In this document: one piece after another, positions 1 to 12,414 of the stretch
Layout of the letters: the number at the start of each line of letters is the position of its first letter
Position numbering within the stretch: position 1 is the stretch's first letter
NCBI RefSeq assembly: GCF_004010195.1
Contig: NC_057755.1
Location: 12,528,954-12,566,095, forward strand
DNA from: Chiloscyllium plagiosum
Taxonomy: Eukaryota
Direction of reading: 5' to 3'
DNA: 37,142 bases
Notes under the pieces: generated by a model
Seen by the model: the letters and a program-made list of their open reading frames with translations, nothing else
What the model was told of the DNA's origin: nothing
The model's database searches: none
Made by a program: the position numbers and the translations under genes

Positions 1-691
1 AGAATAACAGAAAGATGGGGTACTGGGCTAATGGTCGGATACTTGGTAGTGTGGATGAGCAGAGAGATCTTGGTGTCCACGTACACAGATCTGTGAAAGT
101 TGCCACCCAGGTAAATAGTGCGGTGAAGAAGGCATATGGCGTACTGGCTTTTATTGGTACAGGAATTGAGTTCCGGAGTCCTGAGATTATGTTGCAGTTG
201 TATAAGACTCTGGTGCGGCCGCATCTGGAGTATTGTGTGCAGTTTTGGTCGTACCAGGATGTTGCCTGGTATGGTAGGAAGATCGTATGAGGAAAGGCTG
301 AGGTACTTGGGGTTGTTTTCATTGGAGAAAAGAAGGTTTAGGGGTGACTTGATAGAGATGTACATGATGATTAAGGGTTTAGATAGGGTTGACCGTGAGA
401 ACCTTTTTCCACGTGTGGAGTCAGCTATTGTGAGGGGGCATAGCTTTAAATTAAGGGGTGGTAGGTATAGGACAGATGTTAGGGGTAGGTTCTTTACTCA
501 GCGAGTCGTGAGTTCATGGAATGCCCTGCCAGTAGCAGTAGTGGACTCTCCCTCTTTATGGGCATTTAAACGGGCATTGGATAGGTATATGGAGGATAGT
601 GGGCTAGTGTAGGTTAGGTGGGCTTGGATCGGCGCAACATCGAGGGCCAAAGGGCCTGTACTGTGCTGTATTCTTCTATGTTCTATGTTCT
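1..691 (+). mobile_element. CR1 LINE 3' fragment (ORF2 C-terminus, 3' UTR and (TTCTATG)n tail)
   Basis: LYKTLVRPHLEYCVQFW, SYEERLRYLGLFSLEKRRFRGDLIE and RGRFFTQRVVSSWNALP are CR1 ORF2 motifs; ends in ttctatgttctatgttcta. Confidence 0.95.
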
Positions 692-1487
692 AACCCTTGT
701 TTCCCTTACAGATTAAAAATCTAACTCTCTTAGCCTTGAATATACTTAATCACCCAGTCTCAACCACCCTCAAAATAAAAACAAATTCACAACCGCAGCA
801 GAGAAATTCCTCTTCATTTCTGCCTTAAATGTGCATTCCCTTATTCTTGAGATTACACCCTCCAGTCTGTGGCTCTCCCACAAGGGGAAAGAACCTTTGA
901 GCATCAACCCTATCAAGTCCTTGATGAATCTTGGATGTTTCTTAAAGTATAGGGCTTTTTCTGTATTCTAATGAGTACTGGCCCAAACTACTCAACCTCC
1001 CCTCATAAGACAGTTCAGTCTAGTAAGCTTTCTCTGAACTGTCTCCAAGTATCTTTCCCTAGATAGGGGGGAGCAAAATTGCTCACAGCACCTCAAGTTG
1101 GTCTGATAAATGTCTTGAATAGTTTCAGCAAAACCTCCCTACATTTTATACTCCATGCTATTTAAAATAAAGGCCAACAGTCCATTTGTTTTCCCTGATG
1201 AACATGGATACTACCTTTTTGTGATCCATGAACAAGTGATCTAAAATCCTTCTGTTCAGTAGCTTTTTGAGTCTTTCTCTATTTAAATAATATTCAGCTC
1301 CTCTATTCTTCCCGCCAAAGTGCAAAACCTTACATTTTCCCATGTTATAGTCTAGCTGTCAAGTTTTTGCCCACAGACTTCACCTGTCCATAACCTTCTG
1401 CAGACTCATAGCCTTCCCACCTAATTTTGTGTTACCTGCAAAACTTGGGTGTAGTGCATTCACTTTCCTTATCCAAGTCATTAATGT
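692..1487 (-). mobile_element. Degraded CR1 LINE fragment
   Basis: Minus ORF GKCKVLHFGGKNRGAEYYLN; reverse-complement relics of FAxxTKL and LYLN/FI motifs. Confidence 0.8.
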
Positions 1488-1799
1488 TCTCAGATGCACA
1501 CAGTTCTCCCTCACCCAGCCTGCTGATTTTCCAGTCAGTGTTGAGTTTCAGTACAGCATACAAACAGAAGAATTACTTATAAAAAAAGGCTAAGGTACAT
1601 ACTTGATCTCTCTGGTAGACCCATGATCAGCCATTAGCAGAATCATTGACTAATTACAGCAATCAACTATCGATTATTTTATCGAATACTCAAGCAAAAT
1701 AGGTGCAGTACTTTGGGGGCCATTGGTCTCAAGTTAGTGGCTCCTCCAAAGCATTTTATCAGGTTATTCATGTTATCAGGTGTCAAATTATCAGAGAGT

Positions 1800-2762
1800 A
1801 TCCTCAAGCGTGGTGGTGGAGGTTGTTTTTCAGACTGGAGACTGTGACCAGTTGTGTGCCACAAGGTTCGGTAGTGGATAAATTGCTTTTCGACATTTAT
1901 ATAAATAATGTGTATGTTATCATAGGAGGTATAGTTAGTAAATTTGCAGATGACACCAAAATTGAAGGTGCAGTGGACAGCAAAGAATATTACCTCAGAG
2001 TACAATAGGATCTTGATCAGAAAAGCCGAGGAGTGGCAAATGGAATTTAATTTAGGTAAATGTTTGGTATATTTTGGAAGGACAAATCAAAGCAGGACTT
2101 ATACACTTAATGATAACATCCTCGGGAATGTTGCTGAACAAAGAGACCTTGGAATGCAGGTTTATAGTTCCTTGAAAATGGTACACAGGATATTAAAGAA
2201 GGCATTTGGTATGCTTGTCTTTTTTGGTCAATGCATTAAGTAAAGGGGTTGGGGGGGGGGGTCATGTTACAATTGTTCAGGACATTGGTTAGGCCACCTT
2301 TGGAATATTGTGTGCAATTCTGGTCTCCGTCCTATATGAAGGATGTTGTGAAACATGGAAGAGTTCAGAAAAGATTTACAAGGATGCTGCCAGGGTTGGA
2401 GGATTTGAGCTACAGGGACATGCTGAACAGGGCTGTTCTCCCTGGAGCTTCGGAGGTTGAGGGGTGACCTTATAGAAGTTTATAAAATCATGAGGGGCAT
2501 GGATAGGGTGAATAGATGAGGTATTTTCCATGGGGTGGGGCAGTCAAAAACTAGAGGGCAAAAGTTTAAGGTGAGAGGGGAAAGATTAAAAAGGGACCTA
2601 AGGGGCAACTTTTTCCCACAGAGAGTGGTGCATGTACATGGAATGAGCTTCCAGAGTAAGTGGTGGAGGCTGGTTCAATTACAGCATTGAAAAGGCATCT
2701 GGATGAGTATATGAACAAGAAGGATTTAGAGGGATGTCGGCCAAATGCTGGCAATTGGCACT
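1800..2762 (+). mobile_element. CR1 LINE 3' fragment (RT domains to C-terminus)
   Basis: VTSCVPQGSV, SKFADDTKI, WQMEFN and LVRPPLEYCVQFWSP, with frameshifts. Confidence 0.92.
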
Positions 2763-3219
2763 AAAAAATACCCCAACATAACCTCCCTCTACTATTTCTT
2801 CGCACAGATTTTCTCCAGCATAGCATCCTTCCCTCCCCTCCTGGCCATCTGCTCCTTAGCCTTTCCCCCCCAATCTTTACCTCAACTTCAGGACTCTCTT
2901 CTTCTAATGCTACTTTAACAACCCTTGGAGACCTTCCCAGCCATCCAGCTACCCTGCCACCTGCCTTTCAGCTCACCTCTTCAGCCCGTCCCCACAGGGC
3001 AAACCATCATCTCAACTCTGTCCAACATCAAGTAGGAGACACTCGCAGCTTGGTATCCTGGTTGGTGAGAGTTTGGAGAGCAGCTTCCAATTACACAGAG
3101 CATCTTGAGGGGCAAACGAATTGCCCTGAGTGCTAACTCTCTAACAGAATTGATATCCAGCCTGTAGTTCAGAACCTTTGCCTCAGGCCCAAGGCTTCAA
3201 GCATCATCATTGAGTTTTA

Positions 3220-3415
3220 CAGCAGACAAAGAGTCCATTTGGCCTATCGCCTCTATGTCAGTATTAAACTATCTACCTACTTTCATCCCAGTTTCCATAT
3301 TTTTGGAGGCCATGCTGCTTTAAAGGATGACCTGAATGTTTACTAAATATTGTGAAGGCTCCCATCTCTACTACCTTTTCAGCAGAGAGACCCATATACC
3401 CACTTCCTTCAATCC
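3220..3415 (-). mobile_element. Old CR1 3'-end relic
   Basis: Minus ORF 3273-3548 ends EKVVEMGAFTIFSKHSGHPLK, resembling the CR1 C-terminus, followed by a CR1-like 3' UTR. Confidence 0.55.
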
Positions 3416-3964
3416 CATGGAAACCTCCTATTCCCAGTTCTGGAAGACAGTCCTCCCATGGTTCACACTTGAGGTAGTTCGAGTAATGTGGCAGTGGGCG
3501 GGTCCAGCTCTGGGTCACGTGTAGTGGACCTGGCCTATTCTGGATCATATGGCAATAGTCAGGTCCAGACCGAGGTTATATGCAATGGGTGTGGCCAGTT
3601 CTGGATCACGTGACTGTGGGTGGGAAGAACCGGGTCTCTGTGTTGTCAATGCAGGAGAAGAGCAAGGTGGGGCCAAAGGTGTGAATGGAGTCCGGGGCTC
3701 CAGAGGAACTCGCAGGCCCTTTGCCAATTTCAGGGGGATCTCAGAAGAAGCTACCATCTCCAGGAGGTGTGAAACAGCTGTGGGATTGGGAATCAGGCAA
3801 TGACTGGGATTGGGAATCAGTTAAAAACAACCACACATCATGTCACGATAGGTTTACAGAATTTCACATTGATAGGACAGTCGTCAATTAGTGTTTTGTG
3901 TCCATGAGTCTGTTTATAAACCTGTGAAATTGCATTGTGGTGTATACATGTCTGGTATTTAGCC

Positions 3965-4068
3965 ACAAACAAAAACAGAAGTTGGTCAGAAAACTCAGCA
4001 GGACTGGCAGCACCTATGGAGAGAAAACAAAGTTTTCTTTCAGGTCCAGTGCCCCTTCTCCAGAACTG
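3965..4068 (-). mobile_element. Penelope-like element terminal repeat relic (family C) with a degenerate hammerhead
   Basis: Reverse complement cagttCTGGAGAaggggcactggacctGAAA...tgctgccagtcctgctgagttttctgacc...ttctgtttttgtttg; homologous to 4712-4812 and 11683-11789. Confidence 0.7.
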
Positions 4069-4711
4069 ATCAGCCACTCAGCTTGTATCTCTTGATGATC
4101 ATGTATGTTGTGTTAAGTTTCAAACCTCATACCAACCACCCCACATAATATTCAGTAATGATGGATTTCCTTATTCTATTTCCTATGGCTTTGAAATTGT
4201 TGGATGTTGGGTGTTTACAAGTGTTGTATAGAATCATTTGTTATTGGCATCAGTCTTAAGAAAACCAAACTTGTCCTCTCCCTCTAAGCTGTGTGAAGCC
4301 ACTACAACATGACATGAATTGCAGCATTAAATTCCAGTTCCAGAAGTCATGGTTGCACATGACCTTGGAGAAGGAATGAAATTGCAAGGAATGCTGCCTC
4401 AAAGTGTGTTTAAACATGAATATATATGATGAGCAACATGTTGTGAACAATGGGGTCATTTGTAATAAAACAAAATTATCTAGCTTGTATCAAAGAAAAA
4501 TGTCAAAATTACTGCCTAGATTGTCACCAAGCAATTACCTAAGCAAAGACATCTTCAAATCTGTATATTTCTTTCTGCAGTACAATTTGATGTTGTCCAT
4601 TTGTTCAGAAATACTATATGTCTAGCTCTTCAAGTAAATGGTGGAACATTATTTAACAGCAACACTTCTGTTCACCCAAATATTACAAACCAGCTTCTCA
4701 ACTTCTTGTAT

Positions 4712-4835
4712 TTTGAGGAAGGGTCACCGCATCAGAAATGTTAACTTTGATTTCTCTTCACAGGTGCTACCAGATGTGCTGATCTTTTCCAGCAACTTCT
4801 GTTTTTGTTTCTTAATCTTCAATTGTTTTTATTCC
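4712..4835 (+). mobile_element. PLE terminal repeat relic (family C)
   Basis: ttgaggaagggtcaccgcatcagaaatgttaac...ttttccagcaacttctgtttttgttt. Confidence 0.65.
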
Positions 4836-4842
4836 TAAACAT

Positions 4843-4926
4843 ATGTGCTGAAAGAAACCAACAAGTCAGGCACAGAGAAAAATGGAGTTAATGTTTCCAA
4901 TCCAATATGACTTTTCTTTGGAACTG
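4843..4926 (-). mobile_element. PLE terminal repeat relic (family C-like), tail-to-tail with the previous copy
   Basis: Reverse complement cagttccaaagaaaagtcatattggattggaaacattaactcc is a decayed version of the same hammerhead-bearing repeat. Confidence 0.5.
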
Positions 4927-5234
4927 AGTAGATGTGACATTTGTGGTTATCAGCATAGAATTAACATTTATTCACTTGTTATAGATATTGACTAAAATAT
5001 TCTATCCGTTCTACGACTAAGATGTTGATCTGTGTTCATTTAATTCCTTTCTTAAATGTGACCTCAGTTTGATAATTTCACATTCTGAGACACAGTTAAT
5101 AACTTCCTCATAACTCTTTGGAAACCAAAATATTTTTCTCTTGCAGCCTTCATACAGTCACTTGATGAAATATTGGCCCTTAAACATCCAGGAGACAATC
5201 TTAAACCATAAGATATCAGAGTAAAAATTAGACT

Positions 5235-7642
5235 ATGTGACCCACCCTTCCACTTCCAAGAGCAGAGGTCCCAGAACAGATCCCCATGGAACACAACAGG
5301 TCACCGAGCTCCAGGCTGAATACTGTCCATCTACTACCACCCTCTGTCTCTATGGGGCAGCCAACTCTGTATCCAGACACCAAATTTCCCTGTATCCCAT
5401 GCCTCCTTACTTTCTGAATAAGCCTACTATCGGGAACCTTACCAAATGCCTTTCTAAAATCCACGTGCACTATATCCGCTGATGTGTTTTGTCACATCCT
5501 TAAAGAATTCAAACAGGCTTGTGAGGCATGACCTGCCCCTCACAAAGCCATGCTGACTATCTCTAATCAAAATATGCTTTTCCAAATAATCATAAAATCT
5601 GTCTCTCAGAATTCTCTCCAATAATTTGCCCACCACTGATGTAAGACTGATCGGTCTGTAATTCCCAGGGTTAGCCCAATTCCCTTTCTTGAACAAGGAA
5701 ATAACATTTGCTACCCTCCAGTCATCTGGTACTACACCAATGAGGAAGCAAAGACCATCACCAAAGGCATAGCAATCTCTTTCCTTACTTCCCGTAGTAA
5801 CCTCCTGTCTGGTTCAGGGAACTTATCTATCCACATGTTTTTCAAAACTTCCAGCACATCCTCCTTCTTAGCATCAACCTGATTGAGCGTATCAGCCTGT
5901 TTCATGTACTCCTCACAAACTACAAGGTCCCTCTCAGTAGTGATTACTGAAGCAATGTAATCATAAAGGACCGCCCTTACCTCTTCCGACCCCAAGCACA
6001 AGTTCCCTCCACTGTCCCCGATCAGCACTACCCTTACTACGGCCATACTCTTGTTCCTCACATAAATGTAGAATGCCTTGGGATTTTCCTTAATCCTACC
6101 CACCAAGACTTTTTCATCCCCCCCCCCCCCGCTCTCCAAAGTCCATTCTTCAGTTTCTTCCTGGCTACCTTGTAACCCTCTAGAGCCCTGTCTGATTCTT
6201 GCCTCCTCAACCTTAAGTAAACTTCCTTCTTCCTCTTGACTAGGTGTTCCACATCTCTTCTCATCCAAGATTCCTTCACAGTACCATCCCTTTCTTGCCT
6301 CAGTGGGACAAACCTATCCAGCACTCGCAGCAAGTGCTCCCGTAAACAGTCTCCACAATTCTGTTGTACATTTTCCTGAGAACATCTGTCCCCAATTTAT
6401 GCTCCACAGTTCCTGCTTAATAGCATTGTAATCTCCCCTCCTCCTATTAAATATTTTACCATACCGGCTGCTCCTATTCCTCTCCATGACCATAGTAAAG
6501 GTCAGGGAGTTGTGATCACTATCACGGAAATGCTCTCCCACTGAGAGATCTGACACCTGACCTGGTTCACTGTGAAGCACCAAATTCAATATGTCTTCCC
6601 CTCTAGTCGACCTATCTACATATTGAGTCAGGAATCCTTCCTGAAAACACCTGACCAAATCTGCGCAAACAAACTATTTGCACTAAAGAGGTTCCAATCA
6701 ATATTAGGGAAGTTGAAGTCACCCATGACAACAGCTCTGGGCGGGACGGTGGCTCAGTGGTTAGCACTGCTGCCTCACTGCGCCAGGGACCTGTGTTCGA
6801 TTGCAGCCTCGGGCGACTGTCTATGTGGAGTTTGCACATTCTCCCCGTGTCTGCGTGGGTTTCCTCTGGGTGCTCCGGTTTCCTCCTACAGTCCAACAAT
6901 GTGCAGGTCAGGTGAATTGACCATGCTAAATTACCCATCGTGTTCAGGGATGTGTAGCCTAGGTGCTAGGTGAAATATAGAGTAATAGGGATTGGGAATG
7001 GGTCTGGATGGAATACTCTTCGGAGAGTCAGTGTGAGCTTGTTGGGTGGAATGGCCCGTTTCCACACTTTAGGGATTCTATGAACTCTGTTACTTCTGCA
7101 CCTTTCCAAAATCTGCCTTCCAATCTGTTCCTCCATTTCTCTGTTGCTATTGGGGGGTCTGCTTCTTTCCTGTTTCTGACTTCCACCCTCCTCGATGGCA
7201 TCCCTTCCTGCAGCTGTTACACTATCCCTGATTAGCAATGCCACTTCCTCACCTCTTTTACCTCCCTGCGCCTTTTTCTCGAAAAGTCTAATTCCCAGAA
7301 CATCCAACAACCATTCCTGCTCCTGTGATATCCAAGTCTCTACAATGGCGATAACATTGTAGCTCCAAGTACTCATCCATGCTCTAAGTTCATCAACCTT
7401 ATTCCTGACACTTCATGCATTAAAATAGACACACTTCAACTCATCGCACTGACTGCAACTTTGCCTATCAACTGTCTATCCTTCCTCACAGACTGTCTGC
7501 ATGCTGTATCTGCCTATTCACCAGCCACCCCATCCTCGGATCCATAGTTCCAGTTCCCATCCACCTGCCAAACTAGTTTAAATCCTCCTGAAGAGCTCTA
7601 GCAAATCTCCTGCCCAGGATACTGGTATCCCTCCAGTTCAGG
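5235..7642 (-). mobile_element. CR1 LINE fragment (end of ORF1, APE endonuclease and N-terminal RT), interrupted by an HE1 SINE
   Basis: YNVIAIVETW, DSDHNSLTF, KENPKAFYIYV, GNYRPISLTSVVGKLLERIL, SQHGFVRGRSCLT and VDFRKAFGKVP; ORF1 end LNWRDTSILGRRFARAL near 7570-7640. Confidence 0.95.
6739..7083 (+). mobile_element. HE1-type tRNA-derived V-SINE
   Basis: A box tggctcagtgg, B box gttcgattgc, V-domain gtgtggagtttgcacattctccccgtgtctgcgtgggtttcc and a CR1-like 3' tail. Confidence 0.92.
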
Positions 7643-7649
7643 CCAACCC

Positions 7650-8215
7650 AGATTTGTCCAATTAAACTCCATCTGCCATTTTTCTGCCCAACTGATTTAT
7701 ATCCTGCTGAATCCTCTGACAATTCTTCTCACTATCCACAACTCTACCAGTTCTTTGTATCATCAGCAAACTTATTGATTAGACCAGATACATTTTCCTT
7801 CAAATCATTTATGTAGACCACGAACAGCAGAGAGCCCACCACTGATCCCTGTGGAACAGCACTAGTCACAATGCTCCATTCCAAACAGCACCACCCACTG
7901 CTATCCTCTGTCTCCTATAACTGTATCCATCTTGTCAGCTCACGCCAATACTATGTGACTACAAAGTCTCCTTCCATTTCTGCTAAACCCCAATGAGTTG
8001 AAACTCAACCTAGTCATCCTCTCCTCATAAGAATATCCCATATCCGAATCAACCTATTGAATCTTCCCTTCGCTGCCTCCAATGCCAGTATAACCTTCCC
8101 TAGTTAAGGGAACCATACTGTTCACAAAATTCCAGGTACAATCTGACTAGTGCCTTGTATAGTTTCAAGATCTCCTTACTCTTATACTCCATTTCCTTAG
8201 AAATAAAGGCCAATA
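7650..8215 (-). mobile_element. CR1 LINE fragments
   Basis: Reverse complement encodes VPQGSVVGSLLFVVYIND, KFADDT and WQMEFN relics. Confidence 0.8.
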
Positions 8216-8246
8216 GTCAATTTTTAAATGTTTTATGCTTATGGGA
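7948..8246 (+). repeat. Local ~300 bp duplication, copy 1 (copy 2 at 9347-9645)
   Basis: Long identical runs, e.g. gctgcctccaatgccagtataaccttccctagttaagggaaccatactgttcacaaaattccagg, and the duplication spans a junction between two different TEs. Confidence 0.95.
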
Positions 8247-9047
8247 CATAGGCATTGATGGCTGGCCAGTCATTTATTTATTGCCAATCATTAGTTGCCC
8301 TTGAGAAGGTAATGGTGAGCTGCCTTCTTGAATTGCTGCAGTTCATATGCTATAGATCCACTATGCCCTTAAGGAAGCAATTCCAGTGTTTTGATCTAGT
8401 GACACTGAAGAAATTGTGATATATTTTCAAGTCAGGATGGTGAATTGCTCGGAGGGGAACTTGCAGGTGATAGCATTCCTATGCATCTGCTGCTCTTGTC
8501 TTTCTAGATGGAAATGGTCCTGGGTTTGGAAGGAACTGTCTCAGGATGGTTGGTGAATTTCTGCAGTGCATCTTGTTGACAGAATATACTCCTGCTGCTG
8601 AATATCAATGGTGGAGGAAGTGGATGCTTGTGGATGTGGTGCCAATCAAGTGGCCTGCTTTGTCCTATATGGTGTCAAGTTTCTTGAGTGTTGCTGGAGC
8701 TGCACTCATCCAGGGAAGTTAGAAGTATTCTATCACATTCCTGACATTTATCTTGTAGATGGTAGACAGGCTTGGGGAGTTAGGAGGTGATTTGCTTGCT
8801 GCAGTATTCCTAACCTCTGACCTACTTTTGTAGCCACTGTATTTACAGGCCATGATAACCCACGGGACGTTGTAATTGAGGGATGATGGTAATGCCATTG
8901 AATGCTAAGAAGCAGAGATCAGAGTTTCTCATATTAGCAATGCGCACTGTCTGACATTTGTGTAGCGTGAATGCTACTTGCCACTTGTCAACACAAGCCT
9001 GAATATTGTCCAGATCTTGTTGCATTTAAACATGGACTGCTTCAGTC
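8220..9047 (-). mobile_element. Second CR1/L2-group LINE family, 3' fragment
   Basis: MQQDLDNIQACVDKWQVAFTLHKCQ...FNGITI; 3' tail (reverse complement ...ggccagccatcaatgcctatgtcccataagc) is shared with the SINE at 22465-22798. Confidence 0.85.
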
Positions 9048-9346
9048 TGCCTTTCCTGTTACCTGCTGAACACATATGCCAGCTTTTCAAAGTTTCATGC
9101 ACAAGGACTAGTTATGAGTTACAGTTCTGAAACTATCTCTTTATCTCAACTATTTGCTTTCTATTAGCTGGCTAATCCTCTATCCATGCTACTGTACTAG
9201 CCCCAACACCATGGCTTGTTATGTGCTCTTAAGTAGTCTTGTGTAGTATCTTTTCAGACACTTTTAGAAATCCAAACATATTACATCGACAACTTATTTA
9301 TCTATCTTGCTTGTTACCTCCTCAAAACTGTAATACACTTGTCAGC

Positions 9347-9645
9347 ATACTATGTGTCTTCAAAGTCTCCTTCCATTTCGGCTAAACCTTAACGAGTATA
9401 AGCTCAACCTAGTCAATCTCTCCTCATAAGAATATCCCATATCCGAATCAACTGACTGAATCTTCCCTCCGCTGCCTCCAATGCCAGTATAACCTTCCCT
9501 AGTTAAGGGAACCATACTGTTCACAAAATTCCAGGTGCAATCTGACTAGTACCTTGTATAGTTTCAAGATCTCCTTACTCTTATACTCCATTTCCTTAGA
9601 AATAAAGGCCAATAGTCAATTTTTAAAATTTATATGCTTATGGGA
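9347..9645 (+). repeat. Local ~300 bp duplication, copy 2
   Basis: Near-identical to 7948-8246; interrupts a CR1 between ttgtcagc and ggcataaagatttcc. Confidence 0.95.
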
Positions 9646-9719
9646 AACTGGCATAAAGATTTCCTTTTCTTGAAGCTATGCTGAATCTATTTGATTTTGT
9701 GTATTAATCCTGCTATTAT

Positions 9720-9925
9720 CTGCTAGCTTGGTTGGACAGTTGGTTTACAATCTAGAGTGAGGCCAACAGTGTGGGTTCAGTTTCTGCACTGGTTGAGGTT
9801 ACCATGAAAGACTTTCCTTCTTGACCTTGCTTGAGGCATGGTGACCCTCATGTTAAACTATCACCAGTTTCTCTCTAATGAGAGAGCAGACCTGAGGTTC
9901 AGTGGGACTATAGCACCTTTACATT
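9720..9925 (+). mobile_element. tRNA-derived SINE (family distinct from HE1)
   Basis: tRNA-like head tagcttggttggacag...gggttcagtttc (B box-like); tail gggactatagcacctttacatt; interrupts a CR1. Confidence 0.6.
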
Positions 9926-11439
9926 ATTTAATTTTATGATAAACTAGCATTTTCCCAATGACAGAAATCAAGCCAATTGGACTATTGTTGCCTGTTTTAT
10001 TTGTCTCTCTCCCTTTTTGAAAGGAAGTGTTACATTGACAGTTTTCCAATCCCCTGAGGTCTTTTATAAATCTAAGGATTCTTGGAAGATTCCAACACTC
10101 CCCCCCAAACCTGACTGACTTTTAAAAAAAGTTATGCAAAGTATTTAAACTCCTCTTCCATTTCCTGATTCCCCATTATTTATTTCCCCAGCCTTGTTCA
10201 CTTTGGCCTCTCTTTTCCTTTTTATATATTTAATTAAGCCTCTTCTGTCTGGTTGATTATAACTTGCTAGTTTGCCTCATCTTTTACACTCATTTGTTTT
10301 GTGGTCATTTTACCTTAGCTTTTAAAACTTTCCCAGTCCTCTGGTTTACTACTTTTTGCTACATTGTATATATTTTCTTTCAATTGTATACTATCCTTAA
10401 TTTCCTTGGCTAGCTATGGTCGGTAAATCACTTTTCTAGAATCTTCCTTCCTTATTGAAATATGGTTTTGCAGTGAGTCACAAACTCAAATGTCTGTTAT
10501 TGTTCCTCAACTGACTTTTCTGTTAAGTCCCTTTCCCAATCCACTCCAGCCAATCCAGCCTTGTCTGTATGTAATTACCCTTGCTTAACTTCTTTGCCAC
10601 CTAAGCTTTTCCTGTTGCAAGATGAGTCCTAAATTCTGTAACGTCATGGTCACTGTTACCCAGAGGATCTCTTACTCTGCGATCATTTATGAAACTTGCC
10701 TCATTGCTTGTTACCAGATCCAAAGTGGCTTGATCACTAGTTAGATAAACAGCATGTTTTTCAAATAAATTATCTCGAATGTAGTCTTTGAATTTTTACT
10801 TGTAACTACTTTTGCCAATTGAGGGCTATTAGATTACTACCACTAGTGTCTGCTTTCCTTTGCAATCATGTGGATTCTACATCGTCCCATCTAAGATCAT
10901 GTTATCATATTTATTCCATCATGTAGTCACAATTCTACCCCACCACCAGCATTCTCTCTAATTGCTTTTCCTCCTGGTCCAAGTGACAGCGACTTCTGAA
11001 AGTCAATGCGAATCACATTGGCATTTCTGGTCACCATGTGTGGAGCTGTGCAGCTGAGAAGGAATGTTGTTTCGCATCATTTCCTTCCCATCTGTTCTTT
11101 CAAAAAGGTATATACCCATCAATATTTAGTTCCGAACTTTTATCTCCTTGTAACCATATCTCTACTCTGTTTTTCAACCTTATCCTACTTGTGATTTGAT
11201 GTTATGAAAGACTGATAGGGTTTCACCACAATACAATCGGATGGCTTTGGCTGATGACGAGGATTATGGAAGTTCAATCTGGAGAGATAGCAATGATTCC
11301 ATGAAGGTGAATTTGCTGCTTTCTCTTTAGATGATCATCATTGGTCCTTCTAGACTGCCTTTCTTACACAACCTTTGCTTCCAGCCACTGGCCAGCAGTA
11401 GCCTATACTAAGACAGTGTAGTCTAAGTGACTGAATATT

Positions 11440-11610
11440 GAAGTTAGTGGCTCAGTTGGCAATCAAGTAGGCTACTTTGTCCCAGTTAGCGTCAAGCTTT
11501 TTGAATGTTGTTGGTACTGTACACATCCAGCAACAGGAGAGTAGTCCATCACATACTCTAGACTTGTAACTTATAAATAGTGGATAAACTTTGAGGAGTT
11601 AGGAAGTTCA
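11440..11610 (-). mobile_element. CR1/L2-group LINE fragment
   Basis: Homologous to 8635-8790 (gttggcaatcaagtaggctactttgtcc...ttgaggagttagg). Confidence 0.75.
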
Positions 11611-11682
11611 ATAACAATGGGATCTACCCACCAATGTGGAGAAGTGTTCTACAAACAAAAAGCAGAACAAATCCAACGCAGC

Positions 11683-11789
11683 CAGTTACTGAGGAAGGGT
11701 CACTTGACCCAAAACATTAACTCAGATTTCTCTCCAAAAATGCAGCTAAACCTGCTGAGTTTTTCCAACAATTTCTGTTTTTGTTTCAG
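11683..11789 (+). mobile_element. PLE terminal repeat relic (family C) with a CpG-decayed hammerhead
   Basis: CTGAGGA A GGGTC actt GACCC aAAA caTT aac; stem II intact, GAAA changed to AAAA and CG changed to CA. Confidence 0.72.
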
Positions 11790-12096
11790 CCAGTTACCAC
11801 TCCATCAATCTACTCTTGATCATCAGTAAAGTGATGGAAGAAGTTATCAACGTTGCTATCAAGCAAGACTGCTTACTGATGCTCAGTTTGGATTCCACCA
11901 GGCCTCTCAGCTCCTGACCTTATTAAAGCCTCTGTTTAAACATGAACAGAAGAGCTGAATTCCAGAGGGGACAGTGATTTCCCGTAACATTGTTTGGCTG
12001 CATTTGACTGTGTGACATCAGGAGCCCCAGAAAATTAGACTCAATGGGAATTGGGGAAAATTATCCATTGATTGGAGTCATACCCAGCAGAAAAGG

Positions 12097-12414
12097 GGGG
12101 CACAGTTGGTCAGTGGCTAGCACTGCTGCCTCACAGTGCCAGAGACCCAGTTTCGATTCCCACTTCGGGTGACTGTCTGTGTGGAGTTTGCATATTCTCC
12201 TGGTGCCTGTGTGGGTTTCCTCCGGGTGCTCCGGTTTCCTCCCACAATCCAAAGATGTGCAGGTCAGGTGAATTGGCTATGCGAAATTGCCCCTAGTGTT
12301 AGGTGCATTAGTCATGTAAATATAGGGTAGGGGAGTGGGTTACTCTTCAGAGGGTCGGTGTGGACTTGCTAGGCCAAATGGCTAGTTTCCATACTGTAGG
12401 GACTCTAATCGAAT
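12097..12414 (+). mobile_element. HE1-type SINE with a 7-bp TSD (GAAAAGG)
   Basis: tRNA head, V-domain and CR1-like tail; gaaaagg at 12090-12096 and 12415-12421. Confidence 0.92.

Larger units (their letters stand above)
9048..10960 (-). mobile_element. Old CR1 LINE continuation (RT N-terminal part to endonuclease)
   Basis: Reverse-complement relics of YLDF.K, SQHGF and GNSDHDVTEFR; heavily decayed. Confidence 0.75.

Noticed and set aside
15..612. CR1 and other LINE ORFs as functional genes
   Set aside because: All are fragmentary, with frameshifts, deletions or stops; no intact RT ORF exists in the window.
1603..1649. Minus-strand mini-exon SMILLMADHGSTREI with an ADHG motif
   Set aside because: The donor is good, but the acceptor lacks a polypyrimidine tract and 47 nt is too short to distinguish from chance.
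6739..6815. tRNA genes at SINE heads (also 12097, 15643, 16091, 25205)
   Set aside because: A and B boxes run directly into the V-domain and CR1-like tail, so these are HE1 SINE heads rather than tRNA genes.
11219..11306. Plus-strand exon-like stretch VSPQYNRMALADDEDYGSSIWRDSNDSMK
   Set aside because: Weak splice sites and no recognisable homology; similar chance candidates occur at 4581-4633 and 22189-22323.
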